From Candidatus Bathyarchaeia archaeon (lineage in GTDB: Archaea > Thermoproteota > Bathyarchaeia > Bathyarchaeales > Bathycorpusculaceae): DNA of 64,000 bases. Shown here piece after piece: positions 38,071 to 47,399 of this stretch. Position 1 is the first letter of the stretch. The number at the start of each line of letters is the position of its first letter. The notes beneath the pieces were generated by a model, which saw nothing but the letters and a program-made list of their open reading frames with translations, searched no databases and was not told the origin of the DNA. A program made the position numbers and the translations under genes. The stretch covers positions 32,001 through 96,000 of the forward strand of contig JBEKWR010000004.1 of the NCBI GenBank assembly GCA_049512935.1, in the 5' to 3' direction.

Positions 38071-38412
38071 TTACCCGATTTTGCTGCCTTCTGCGATGTC
38101 TTTCTCCGGCATCAGCACAGAAACGTGGTCTTCGTTGTCTTCCGCCGCCAGAATCATGCATTGGGATTCGACGCCTGCCAAAACACGCCTTTGCAGGTTG
38201 AGGAGGAAAACGCATTTTTTTCCAAGCAGCTGTTCCGGGGTGTAGTATTTTAAGAGCCCTGCAACCGCTGTCCTCTTCTCGGAGCCGAAATCGACCGTTA
38301 ACTTGATGAGTTTCTTGGATGCGGGAACTTGAGTTGCCTCAACTATTTTGCCTATGCGGAAATCAAATTTTTGGAAGTCTGCGAAGGTTACTTCTTCAGC
38401 CAAACATTTCAC
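38071..38412 (-). CDS. tRNA-binding OB-fold protein (Trbp111/CsaA/MetRS C-terminal type)
   Basis: TFADFQKFDFRIGKI, LNLQRRVLAGVESQCMIL; true start may be TTG near 38403. Confidence 0.88.
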   Translation of the reverse strand: MKCLAEEVTFADFQKFDFRIGKIVEATQVPASKKLIKLTVDFGSEKRTAVAGLLKYYTPEQLLGKKCVFLLNLQRRVLAGVESQCMILAAEDNEDHVSVLMPEKDIAEGSKIG

Positions 38413-38430
38413 GCTCGCTATAGCGTTAGT

Positions 38431-39120
38431 TCACGATTCGGCGATATTTACTTTGCTTTCCAGCGCAAGCCTGATTCTTTCCTGGGTCGCTGACTTATGT
38501 ACCTGCAAGGTTGGCTCTGGGATACGATTTTTCGCGCAGTGCTTAACGATTTTGACTGCTGTTTCAAGGGAAACCATGTGTCCGACGCTGACGTAAATGG
38601 GCTTGGCGCCAAGCTTAGTTGTGACCACGGCGCCGATGACTTCGCCTTTGTCAACCAAATACGCTTGCCCGTTTATTTCTGCAGGTTCGCCGATTAGGCG
38701 GCTTTTTGCGGCGCCGACGGTCGGTTTTCCAAGGGCGAGTCCAAGGTGGCTGGCGAATCCGCACCTGAAGGGATGCGCGTACCCTTGCGCGTCAACGAGT
38801 AGCACGTCGGGTTGAATCCTCAGTTTTCTTATGGCAGCCATTGCCGGCGGGAGTTCCCTGAAGGAGAGCAACGTCGGGATGTAGGGCATTTTTACTCGGC
38901 ATGTCGCAACTTGGGACTCCAAAAGCCTGAGCGATTCATAATCCAAGACAACTGCTGCTCCGACGGCGACGTTGCCGACGTACGAAACATCTACGCCTGC
39001 CACCGTTGTAATTGGGCAGGGCAGCCTGTCCTTCAGAATTACTTTTTGCGACAAGCAAACCTGAGCGTTACGCGCCTTTTCAACCGAGAAATTCTTCATT
39101 AATCTGGGCGCTTGACTCAA
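38431..39120 (-). CDS. nfi: Endonuclease V
   Basis: AGVDVSY, PYIPTLLSFRE, VDAQGYAHP, GAAKS, YVSVGH, RIPEP. Confidence 0.93.
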   Translation of the reverse strand: MSQAPRLMKNFSVEKARNAQVCLSQKVILKDRLPCPITTVAGVDVSYVGNVAVGAAVVLDYESLRLLESQVATCRVKMPYIPTLLSFRELPPAMAAIRKLRIQPDVLLVDAQGYAHPFRCGFASHLGLALGKPTVGAAKSRLIGEPAEINGQAYLVDKGEVIGAVVTTKLGAKPIYVSVGHMVSLETAVKIVKHCAKNRIPEPTLQVHKSATQERIRLALESKVNIAES

Positions 39121-39788
39121 GTTTTTGCCTTTCGCGTCTTTCGTTTAGCCGCTGGTTTTGAAGGGGTAAACTTTTTCAAGTAGTCTTCGAGGGATTTTCT
39201 GCGGATTTCAAGCGTGACGTCGCCGCGTGTGGCTTCGATTATTCTTCGTGCCGTGTCGGACTTGTGCCTGAGTCCTGGGACAAGCATGTAAGCCTCGTCA
39301 AGAGCAAGCAGTTGAATGAAGACTTGATCCATGATTTCGAGGCAGTCCTCAGCCTTTTTGACGTCGCCCTCGCGCAGGTTGTCAAGCGCCAACCGCCTGT
39401 ACTCGCCTATGACGTCGGCTAAACCGAGAACGTAATCGGTGCAGGGCACGTTAATTTCGGAGGGGTTAACGAAGCGCGACTCCTTAACCAGCACGAAAAA
39501 TATGCGGGCTTCCGAGTATTCCTGTAGCGCCGCGCTGAACATCCCGCCGTAAATGATGTCTGGATAATCCTTCGATAGCGTCTGAAGGCTTGAAATCTTG
39601 TCTTTCGCGTCCGAAATGAATTTTTCAGCCTCCTCGTACTTTTTCTGGTGGATCAGCAGGATGGCTTGTTTGGAGAGGCTTGTGGCTTTGCGCATGCACT
39701 CATGCGTTTCTTCCCGGACGCTGTTTTTTTGCATAAGCTCGTTTTTTACTTCTTGAAGCACACTTTCCAAAGAGGACAAACGCATCAT
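39117..39788 (-). CDS. Translin/TRAX (C3PO-like) family protein
   Basis: ALQEYSEA, YVLGLADVIGEYRR, LRHKSD. Confidence 0.88.
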   Translation of the reverse strand: MMRLSSLESVLQEVKNELMQKNSVREETHECMRKATSLSKQAILLIHQKKYEEAEKFISDAKDKISSLQTLSKDYPDIIYGGMFSAALQEYSEARIFFVLVKESRFVNPSEINVPCTDYVLGLADVIGEYRRLALDNLREGDVKKAEDCLEIMDQVFIQLLALDEAYMLVPGLRHKSDTARRIIEATRGDVTLEIRRKSLEDYLKKFTPSKPAAKRKTRKAKT

Positions 39789-39885
39789 CCAGCCTAAACG
39801 GTATTGTATCGTGGTTTATTTCAATTTCTTAAAAAGAAGCCGGCGGTTTAGGCTTCGGGCTGGAAGGGGAAGAGTTTGTTTTGTG

Positions 39886-40944
39886 CTACGGTTTGGGCTG
39901 GGCTTTGGCGGCTGCTGTGTCATGTTTCTTCTTTGTCAGCTTAAGTAGCAGTCCCTTTGAGAAGGATCCTTCTTCAAGCGGCTTCGATTCCAAGAACCCT
40001 GATTTTTCAGCGTTACTGAAGAGTTCTTCGCCTTTTTCAGTGCGGATGATCGTGAACGTCCAACCGTCGAGTCCAAGTCCACCCACGGAGACGTCTGCGA
40101 GTTCGTTGCTGAAGTCTTCACACACACTGCAGCTGGCTCTCACGTAAGGCTTTATGTCGGCAAGCGGTATGGCTGTGGTTCCCGCTGGCGTGGTCACAAG
40201 CATTTTTCCTTTTATGTTCATTTTTGTTATGTCGTTGAGGTTGATGCCGAGTTTTCCTTTTATGTGGGTTTCCATGAGTCCTTCGTAGTCGAAGCATTCC
40301 GAGCACATGAGCCCCACGAGGTACTTGATGGGTGCGCTCATCTTTTTCACGTTGTTCATCTGCATTTTTCGGACGGCTTGAATCTGGCAGGGCGTGCCCA
40401 CCAACGCTACCTGGGTTTTTTTCTGTTTAATCACTTCAGGCAAAGCGAGAAGCGCTGAGGAGCACGTGTACTTTGTACCCGCCGACTCTACGATTTTCTC
40501 GGGAGTTGTCGCTAGAACTGGGACTGGAAGGAAGGGTTTCTCTTGGCTTTTCCCAGAAACCACTGCGCCGTCGATTAACCCGTTCTTCAAGGCGGCGACA
40601 AGCATTGCGGTGGCGGCTCCGCCGTCTTGGCGTGCCTTCAGGATGTCGGTTGGCTTCGCCTGTGCGATGGCTATTCGGCGGTAAACTCCGAATTCTTCCT
40701 GTGGATTTCTTATCTTGCTGAAAGTGAATGCTTCAGCTTTTTCCATAGCCCAGTTGTACCGCGGACAGGCTTGAGCGCATATGCCGCAGACCTTGCATTC
40801 CTTCACCAAACTGGGTTTTCCCTTAGCCATTTCGAGGCTGCCGAAGGGGCAGGTGACAACACATGTTCCGCAACTCGCGCATTTTCCAGTTTCAACAACT
40901 TCGGTTAATAAAGAGTTTCCAAAACCAATCTTTTTAGTGCTCAT
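39886..40944 (-). CDS. FrhB/FpoF family F420-binding oxidoreductase subunit with N-terminal ferredoxin
   Basis: CASCGTCVVTCP, CKVCGICAQACP, QDGG, VGTPCQ, GLMC, ADVSVGG. Confidence 0.9.
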   Translation of the reverse strand: MSTKKIGFGNSLLTEVVETGKCASCGTCVVTCPFGSLEMAKGKPSLVKECKVCGICAQACPRYNWAMEKAEAFTFSKIRNPQEEFGVYRRIAIAQAKPTDILKARQDGGAATAMLVAALKNGLIDGAVVSGKSQEKPFLPVPVLATTPEKIVESAGTKYTCSSALLALPEVIKQKKTQVALVGTPCQIQAVRKMQMNNVKKMSAPIKYLVGLMCSECFDYEGLMETHIKGKLGINLNDITKMNIKGKMLVTTPAGTTAIPLADIKPYVRASCSVCEDFSNELADVSVGGLGLDGWTFTIIRTEKGEELFSNAEKSGFLESKPLEEGSFSKGLLLKLTKKKHDTAAAKAQPKP

Positions 40945-41048
40945 AACTATTCTTTATAGAAGTGATTCTATTTAAATTTTAAATCATTAACGTTTTCCGG
41001 GAGGCTGGTGGAACTTCGCTAAAACCAAGCAGATAGCAGCTGGAAATT

Positions 41049-41603
41049 CTAAATGAGGTTCAACGGGTAAACAGATTCCGAGAAGCTTGCGGCAAGCGCA
41101 TTTGTGTTCGATGTGCCAAGAATCGCGTACTCGCCGTCAGTCAGTTGAATTATGAGGTCAGTTGAATTGTCAGACACAACATACGCATTTTTTCCATTTC
41201 CAAGCGTAAAAGCCCCAACGTTGAAATGGTCATAGTTTGTTCCATGCTGCTTCGACAGAGTAAAATTTCCTGAACCTATCTGCCCAACGTAAGCAGACGC
41301 TATTTTGTCGGCAGCGATGTTCATGTCGCCAGCTCCGAAGAAGCTGGGCGACTTCACACTCACGTATCCTAAGCCGACGGTTATTGTTGAAGGAGTGTTG
41401 GAAGCAAAAAACAGAAAAATGCCCGATCCAATGACTGCCACCCCTATAATCATCAGCACGACAAAAGTGCCCTTGATGGTTTTTGCTCTTCTTCCCGTAG
41501 CAAGAGCTAACGCCAAGAGAACAGTTCCCATCACCACAAGGATTGCCAAAGCAATAGTTCCAATAAAGGAAGCTGGCTGAACCGTAAACTGCTCAACAGA
41601 CAT
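41049..41603 (-). CDS. Membrane protein, two TM plus probable PH-like domain
   Basis: Two TM helices then beta-rich GTNY...VGAFTLGNG. Confidence 0.55.
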   Translation of the reverse strand: MSVEQFTVQPASFIGTIALAILVVMGTVLLALALATGRRAKTIKGTFVVLMIIGVAVIGSGIFLFFASNTPSTITVGLGYVSVKSPSFFGAGDMNIAADKIASAYVGQIGSGNFTLSKQHGTNYDHFNVGAFTLGNGKNAYVVSDNSTDLIIQLTDGEYAILGTSNTNALAASFSESVYPLNLI

Positions 41604-42011
41604 CTACGTTGCCTCCTTGGGCTTGCTGTTCATGTTTTGGCTTGTCTTCAAGAAAAGATAAGCAACGTAGGAAAATAGCCAGGCAACTCCGATCGCTAGC
41701 AGAATCGTGAATGCAACGATGTACCCATACGTGAACAGCAAAAAGCAACCTATGGCGGCAAATGCCACAAATGGAGCGAACAGCAGAACCATTATCCTTC
41801 CGCCGATGCCCGTTTCTGAGTTGTCCCCGTGTGTCGGCAGCGAAGGGTCTGTTCCGATGTGGGTGACGTTAAATCGGTGAAGGTCCCTGCATTGCGGGCA
41901 CTTGAGTATCCTCTGTGTTCCAAGACGTATCGAGTAGAATGAGACTGACGGGATGAACTCGTAATTGAATCTGTAATGGCAATGCGGGCACTCTACGATT
42001 GAAGTAGTCAA
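41604..42011 (-). CDS. Zn-ribbon membrane protein
   Basis: CPHC...CPQC followed by two TM helices. Confidence 0.6.
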   Translation of the reverse strand: MTTSIVECPHCHYRFNYEFIPSVSFYSIRLGTQRILKCPQCRDLHRFNVTHIGTDPSLPTHGDNSETGIGGRIMVLLFAPFVAFAAIGCFLLFTYGYIVAFTILLAIGVAWLFSYVAYLFLKTSQNMNSKPKEAT

Positions 42012-42335
42012 TTGCTTTCACCTCTCACATAGACACGGGCTTGATTAGCTGACTTGTTGACGGAGATTTAAAACTATAGGCAGATTTCTGGTTAACCTGA
42101 GTCATCCGCGAAGTAGCTCTAAACGCGAGGATTATCGTGTGATGTTAGACTTCAGCGTCCCTTTTGAAGTTGTGTACGGAAGTAAACGAGTTTAATGTTG
42201 GTCATTAATCAACAGGGCAAACACGAAAAACCACGCTAATGCAAAAACCACGTAAAGAAGCGGTATCAGAGCTAAACCCCCGTTAACAACGGGTGTCATG
42301 ACCAAATTCCATAAAGCGACAAGCCGTGTTTCTTG

Positions 42336-42680
42336 CTAAGCAGTCCAGAAGGAAAAAACATCCAGTTTCTCATTCTCAAACTGCTTTTTCAAGATTCCCT
42401 TGACTTCATCCTCATCCAAGTTAAAAACGCCTTTCTTATCTTTGTGGAGGGGAATTCCTGTTTCCCTGAGTTTTTCGCCTTTCGGGAAGTCCAAAAAAAT
42501 GTAGTAGCGCTTGTCGTGGAGCATTATGAGCCTCAGCACGGTTAGTTCCTTGTTTGGAGAAAACCCGTTTTGTTCAAGGATGAAGACTATTGAGCCAGGC
42601 TTCTTTTCTGTGACTAAGCGTTTGAATTCCTCCCAGCCTTTGACTCTAACTTGACCTTCATCCACGTGTTTACTTATCAT
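42336..42680 (-). CDS. Hypothetical protein, paralog A (intact)
   Basis: Highly similar to 45796-46143. Confidence 0.75.
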   Translation of the reverse strand: MISKHVDEGQVRVKGWEEFKRLVTEKKPGSIVFILEQNGFSPNKELTVLRLIMLHDKRYYIFLDFPKGEKLRETGIPLHKDKKGVFNLDEDEVKGILKKQFENEKLDVFSFWTA

Positions 42681-42752
42681 CGACCCTCCTTGTCTTCAAC
42701 TGAAGATGCTGCGTTTTCAGGTTTTGGCAAAAAGATAAACTTTTTCATTCCT

Positions 42753-44075
42753 TCACAGTAAGCGGCGATTCTTGCGCCGAAGCATAACCACAAAAAAGGC
42801 GAAGAGCGCCAAGACAATTACAACAACTACTGGGTAAATGAGTTCTGCAGGAATATACAGTCTCGACTGGCTTTTTTGCAGAGGCGGCGGCGTGCCAAAA
42901 GCGTAAACGTGATGATCCCATGATCCCACGTAAACGATTCCTTCCCAAACGGCAGGCGAAGAACTCACATGGCTCCCAGTTGCGTAGGTCCACACGTCAG
43001 CTCCGCTCGACGCGTTCAGGCAGTAAACGTTTCCATCCCAGCCTCCCACGTAAACGTAGCTGCCAGCGACTGCAGGGGAAGAATCTACCCCGTTTTGGGT
43101 GGTGGAGTTCCAGATTTTCGCTCCCGTCAAAGCATCGAGGCAGTAAACGTTCTTATCCGGGGTCGAAGACACTCCCGTGCCAACGTAAACGTACCCGTTG
43201 ACGACAGCGGGGGAGGAATCAACCCAACTTTGAGTTGGGAAGTTCCAAATTTCGTCGCCGCTTGATGCGTTAAGGCAATAGACGTTATCGTCTTCCGACC
43301 CGATGTAGAGGCATCCATTAACAACCGCTGGAGAAGACTCCACTATGCCGCCCGTTGTGTAGTTCCAGTTTTCCTCGCCAGACGATGCGTTGAGGCAATA
43401 AACGACGCCGTTCGCAGAACCAACATAGACGCAGCCATCAGCGAATGCAGGGGAAGACTCTACCAGCCCGCTTGTTGAATAATTCCATATTTCGGAGCCG
43501 TTGGAAGCGTCGAGGCAGTAAACGTTTCCGTCCCATGACCCCACGTACAAGTAGCCGCAGGCAACTGAGGGGCACGACTCCACCACGTTTCCAGTCGTGA
43601 AGTTCCAGACTAACCCGCCTGTTGAAGCGTTCAGGCAGTACACGTTACGGTCGTAGCATCCAAAGTAGACGAGGCCGTCAGCAACCGCCATTGAAGAACT
43701 TATCGCCATGCCTTCCCCGCCGAGATGCACTCGGCTTGTGCGCACTGAGAAATTCCACACTTGGGATCCGTCCGACGCGTTAAGACAGTAGGCAACTCCG
43801 CCGTCAGAACCCACGTAAACGAGGTCATCAACGACTGCAGGCGAGGCGCTGACTACGCTGTTTGTCGTGTAATTCCAAAGTAAGGTATCGTGTGTTGCGG
43901 TCGGTTTGCTGGTTGAGTAACCCGTGTGAGCTAGGTCGTGATGAAACATCGGCCAGTCATCCGTGGAAGAATTCGCGTAGGTAAACGAAGCTGGGGACAA
44001 CAAGAGAAACAAAAACGCCGATGCTACCATGACTGTGGAGACGGAAATAACCAGGGGGCGGCTGGGTTTTTTCAT
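42753..44075 (-). CDS. Surface-anchored PQQ-like (BamB-type) beta-propeller repeat protein
   Basis: Signal peptide, WPMFHHD, ~8 repeats SSPAV..VYVGS.DG.VYCLNASSG..WN, C-terminal TM plus basic tail. Confidence 0.88.
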   Translation of the reverse strand: MKKPSRPLVISVSTVMVASAFLFLLLSPASFTYANSSTDDWPMFHHDLAHTGYSTSKPTATHDTLLWNYTTNSVVSASPAVVDDLVYVGSDGGVAYCLNASDGSQVWNFSVRTSRVHLGGEGMAISSSMAVADGLVYFGCYDRNVYCLNASTGGLVWNFTTGNVVESCPSVACGYLYVGSWDGNVYCLDASNGSEIWNYSTSGLVESSPAFADGCVYVGSANGVVYCLNASSGEENWNYTTGGIVESSPAVVNGCLYIGSEDDNVYCLNASSGDEIWNFPTQSWVDSSPAVVNGYVYVGTGVSSTPDKNVYCLDALTGAKIWNSTTQNGVDSSPAVAGSYVYVGGWDGNVYCLNASSGADVWTYATGSHVSSSPAVWEGIVYVGSWDHHVYAFGTPPPLQKSQSRLYIPAELIYPVVVVIVLALFAFFVVMLRRKNRRLL

Positions 44076-44271
44076 TATGGCGTCATCTTCAATAACCATT
44101 GCTCTATCATGGTACTTAAATTTTGATATAATCCAAGTTCCTTTCCGCCTAACACGCCAACCCTGAACGGTCACCGTGAGCTAATCCGAGCCTTCAAAGG
44201 AGGAGACAAGGTTTACCTGACGAAATGGTAATGTTTTCTTGGGCTCTCAACCCGGAGTTCATGATTTCCCA

Positions 44272-44847
44272 CTAAAGTGAGCCTTTGTACTTGTTAGTTG
44301 CTGGGCACCCGACGCATTTATGTAGCTCATATCGTATGCATGGGTCGCAGTCTACGCTGCATGGAGCAACCGCGGTTCCTTTGTGCGTCAAGTCTTCTCT
44401 TACTTGCAGGTAAGGCGTGAAGTAAGTGTCGCTTATGGGGTAAAATTCTGATCGGCGTATGCCCGGACCGCTGCGCATTGAACATTTCTCCATCGATATG
44501 CTTTCCAATGTTTCCTGGTTCTCCGCAAGGACTAACGCGATTAGGTTGAAGCCGCCTACGGTTTTGAATATTTGGATTACCCGCGGGCAATCTTTGAACC
44601 TGTCTAGAAGGTTTTGCATGGCTTGTGCATTTTCCATTTCCAGCATCACGATGGCTGGGTGTAGTCCGAGTTCGGTTGGGTTTAGCTGGGCTGATACTTT
44701 GACGGTGCCGCTTTTTACGAGTTTTTCGAGTCTTTTTTTGGTTCCCATGCTTGTGTACCCAATTTTTTTGGATAGCTCCTTCAGTGTTGTTCTTCCGTCT
44801 GTTTGCAGTTGGGTTACTATTTTTCTGTCGATTTCGTCCATTTTCAC
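44272..44847 (-). CDS. Lrp/AsnC family regulator with C-terminal Cys cluster
   Basis: MDEIDRKIVTQLQTDGR HTH; tail APCSVDCDPC...CVGCP. Confidence 0.85.
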   Translation of the reverse strand: MKMDEIDRKIVTQLQTDGRTTLKELSKKIGYTSMGTKKRLEKLVKSGTVKVSAQLNPTELGLHPAIVMLEMENAQAMQNLLDRFKDCPRVIQIFKTVGGFNLIALVLAENQETLESISMEKCSMRSGPGIRRSEFYPISDTYFTPYLQVREDLTHKGTAVAPCSVDCDPCIRYELHKCVGCPATNKYKGSL

Positions 44848-44935
44848 TCACGAGTTTATATTATAAACGATAATTATTAATAGCATTTATGAAATAAACT
44901 CTTTGGTTATAGACAAACATATTGAGGTAAAGAAA

Positions 44936-45319
44936 ATGCCTAACAGACTCATAATTCCAGTAGAAGACAAATCGGGTTTAGACGCGAAAGTTGCGGAACA
45001 CTTCGGAAGAGCACCCTACTATGCAGTAATAGACCTTGACGAAAAAGGAAAAACACTAACCGTTAAAACAGAGCCTAACACAAACGAACACATGGGCGGC
45101 ACAGGTCACCCACACGACAGCCTACTTACCCTAAAGCCAACTGCTATCGTTGCCCGCGGCATGGGTCCAGGCGGCCTGCAGAGTTTTCAGGGCGCAGGCG
45201 TAACTGTGCTCAAAGCAGTTGATGACACCGTTAAAGCAACCCTTGCTTCTTTCAAAGAAGGCAAGCTCACCGAGCTTACAGGCGGATGCGAACACGCGCA
45301 TCATCATGAGCACTTTTAA
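44936..45319 (+). CDS. NifB/NifX-like (dinitrogenase FeMo-cofactor family) protein with His-rich tail
   Basis: HFGRAPYY, GMGPG, C-terminal CEHAHHHEHF. Confidence 0.85.
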   Translation: MPNRLIIPVEDKSGLDAKVAEHFGRAPYYAVIDLDEKGKTLTVKTEPNTNEHMGGTGHPHDSLLTLKPTAIVARGMGPGGLQSFQGAGVTVLKAVDDTVKATLASFKEGKLTELTGGCEHAHHHEHF

Positions 45320-45347
45320 TCAATTTAGATGAAGGAAATAGGAAGAG

Positions 45348-45773
45348 GTGAAAAAAATGCCAAAGATAAAGGCAAAGGCAACTTGGGTTGAAAACGTGCG
45401 TTCTATGGTGGACAATCAAAGAACTCACAATGTAGTCTGCGATATGTCAACAGCTGCAGGTGGAACAGATTGCGGGCCAACAGCGCTGGAGCTTAGCATG
45501 ATGGCTTTAGCTGACTGCGGAGTCACAATCTTCGCTGACGTCTGCAAGAAAAGCAATATACAGCTAAAGAAAGCCGAAGTAACCGTTGAAGCCGATAAAT
45601 CCCCTGACTCACCTATGGTGACCGCGGTGTCAATGAAAGTTAATGTTGTTTCAAGCGCCCGAAAGGAACTCGTGGACGCGGCGTGGAGACGCACAGAAGC
45701 AAACTGTCCTGTCCTATTGATATTCAAAAACCCAACTCCTGTCCAGGTTGAGTTCGAAAGCAAAACAGAATAA
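45348..45773 (+). CDS. OsmC family protein
   Basis: GGTDCGPTALEL, LADC, NCPV. Confidence 0.85.
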   Translation: MKKMPKIKAKATWVENVRSMVDNQRTHNVVCDMSTAAGGTDCGPTALELSMMALADCGVTIFADVCKKSNIQLKKAEVTVEADKSPDSPMVTAVSMKVNVVSSARKELVDAAWRRTEANCPVLLIFKNPTPVQVEFESKTE

Positions 45774-45795
45774 TCACGACATTTTCGGTTATCTA

Positions 45796-46143
45796 TCAAG
45801 CGCTGACCTTAGGGCTATATTGTCCAGAAAGAAAAACATCTATCTTCTCTTTTTCAAACTCTTTTTCTAGGATAGCTTTAACCTCGTCTTCGTCAAGGTT
45901 GAGGATGCCTTCCTTGTCCTTATGGAGCGGAATCCCTGTTTCTCTTAGAGTTTCGCCTTTGGGGAAGTCAAGAAAAATGCAGTATCGCCACTTATGGAGC
46001 ATAATGACTCTGAGTGTGGTTAGCTTTTTGTTGGGTGAAAACCCATTTTGCTCTAGAACATAAACGATTGAGCCAGACTTCTTCTCACGCACTAACCGTT
46101 TGAATTCTTCACAGCTTCTAACCCTCACGTGACCCTCACTCAT
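45796..46143 (-). CDS. Hypothetical protein, paralog B (C-terminal frameshift)
   Basis: One T missing in gatgtttttctttctgg converts the paralog-like DVFSFWT end into DVFLSGQYSPKVSA. Confidence 0.7.
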   Translation of the reverse strand: MSEGHVRVRSCEEFKRLVREKKSGSIVYVLEQNGFSPNKKLTTLRVIMLHKWRYCIFLDFPKGETLRETGIPLHKDKEGILNLDEDEVKAILEKEFEKEKIDVFLSGQYSPKVSA

Positions 46144-46147
46144 GAGC

Positions 46148-46474
46148 CTAACCTTTCTCTTCAGGCGACTGCTTCTTTGCCTGCTTTAACAGGTAGGATT
46201 TGCGAAGGCCCTTGATTATTTCCTGGGTCTGTTTTTTTGAAGGGTGTTTGATGGCGCCGGATGGGCATATGCTGTCGCAGCCTGTGCAGAGCACCACGCA
46301 ATTGTTCGGGTTCTTTACGATTGGCTGTTTTTTCCCGTTTTTCTCTTCGAATTCGTAGGTGCCTAGTTTGCAGTAATCTACGCATTTCCCGCAGCTGACG
46401 CATTTTTTGTAGTTTATCGTCGGGTACCATGGGATTTTGCTTCTGGGGATGCCATGCCATGTTTCTTCCGACAT
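46148..46474 (-). CDS. 2x[4Fe-4S] ferredoxin family protein
   Basis: IPWYPTI, CVSCGKCVDYC, CVVLCTGCDSICP. Confidence 0.88.
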   Translation of the reverse strand: MSEETWHGIPRSKIPWYPTINYKKCVSCGKCVDYCKLGTYEFEEKNGKKQPIVKNPNNCVVLCTGCDSICPSGAIKHPSKKQTQEIIKGLRKSYLLKQAKKQSPEEKG

Positions 46475-46604
46475 TTTGATGCCTCTTAAACAGCCAAGCG
46501 TTCATAGCAACTTTTGAATGTTGTTATCGATACGAGCAAACTATGCCCAATAAAGAAGAAACATAAATTAACCCTGAAACGGAATTTATTTTAGTTGTGA
46601 GATT

Positions 46605-47384
46605 GTGAAGGTAGCGGTTTCTGGTAAAGGCGGCGTTGGAAAAACCCTTATCGCGGGCGGCTTAGCCCGTGGCTTTGTTGAGCGCGGCTTGAAAACAATA
46701 GCGATTGACGCGGATTCTTCTCCAAACCTCGGTTTAACTTTGGGCTTGTCCGCTGAGGAAACCCGTAAAATCGTTCCTATTTCCGAAAACAAAACGCTTG
46801 TTGAATCTAAAACAAGCACGGGTTACTCGGGAGTTTACAATTTAAATTTCACCGTTGACGACATAGTCAAACAGTACTCTGTTCCCACTCCGCTGGGCGT
46901 AAGTTTGATTGTTATGGGTACGGTGCAGTCAATGGGTGCAGGATGCATGTGTGCCCCGAACGCTGTCATACGCGCCTTGCTTAGGCATCTGGTTGTGGAG
47001 CGGGATGAGGCGGTTGTTTTGGATTTGGAAGCCGGCGTCGAACATATTGGCAGGGGCACGGCTCGGCAGGTTGATGCGCTGCTTATCGTGGCTGACTCTA
47101 ACTTGAAGTCTTTGGAGATTGCCAAGCACATTTATGACATGGCTAAAGAGGCGGGGATGCAGCAGCTTTACCTTGTCGGAAACAGGGTTATGAACGACGC
47201 CCAGAAGCAAGCAATCACCGGGTTTGCCGAAAAGAACGGTTTGCCCCTGCTCTCTTTTGTGCCGTTTGACCAGAAAGTCATCGAAGCTGACATGCTGGGT
47301 GAAACTCCGCTTAAAAACATGGAAATTGAAGCCGTTAAAACCATAGATAATATATGCGAGCTTTTGCTAAAGAAATCACATTAA
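46605..47384 (+). CDS. cooC: CooC nickel-insertion ATPase
   Basis: GKGGVGKT, GCMC, DLEAGVEHIGRG. Confidence 0.9.
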   Translation: MKVAVSGKGGVGKTLIAGGLARGFVERGLKTIAIDADSSPNLGLTLGLSAEETRKIVPISENKTLVESKTSTGYSGVYNLNFTVDDIVKQYSVPTPLGVSLIVMGTVQSMGAGCMCAPNAVIRALLRHLVVERDEAVVLDLEAGVEHIGRGTARQVDALLIVADSNLKSLEIAKHIYDMAKEAGMQQLYLVGNRVMNDAQKQAITGFAEKNGLPLLSFVPFDQKVIEADMLGETPLKNMEIEAVKTIDNICELLLKKSH

Positions 47385-47399
47385 CTTTGAGGTTTTAAC

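Noticed and set aside
42205-42300. Short hydrophobic peptide LALIPLLYVVFALAWFF on the minus strand
   Set aside because: No in-frame start; at most a gene remnant
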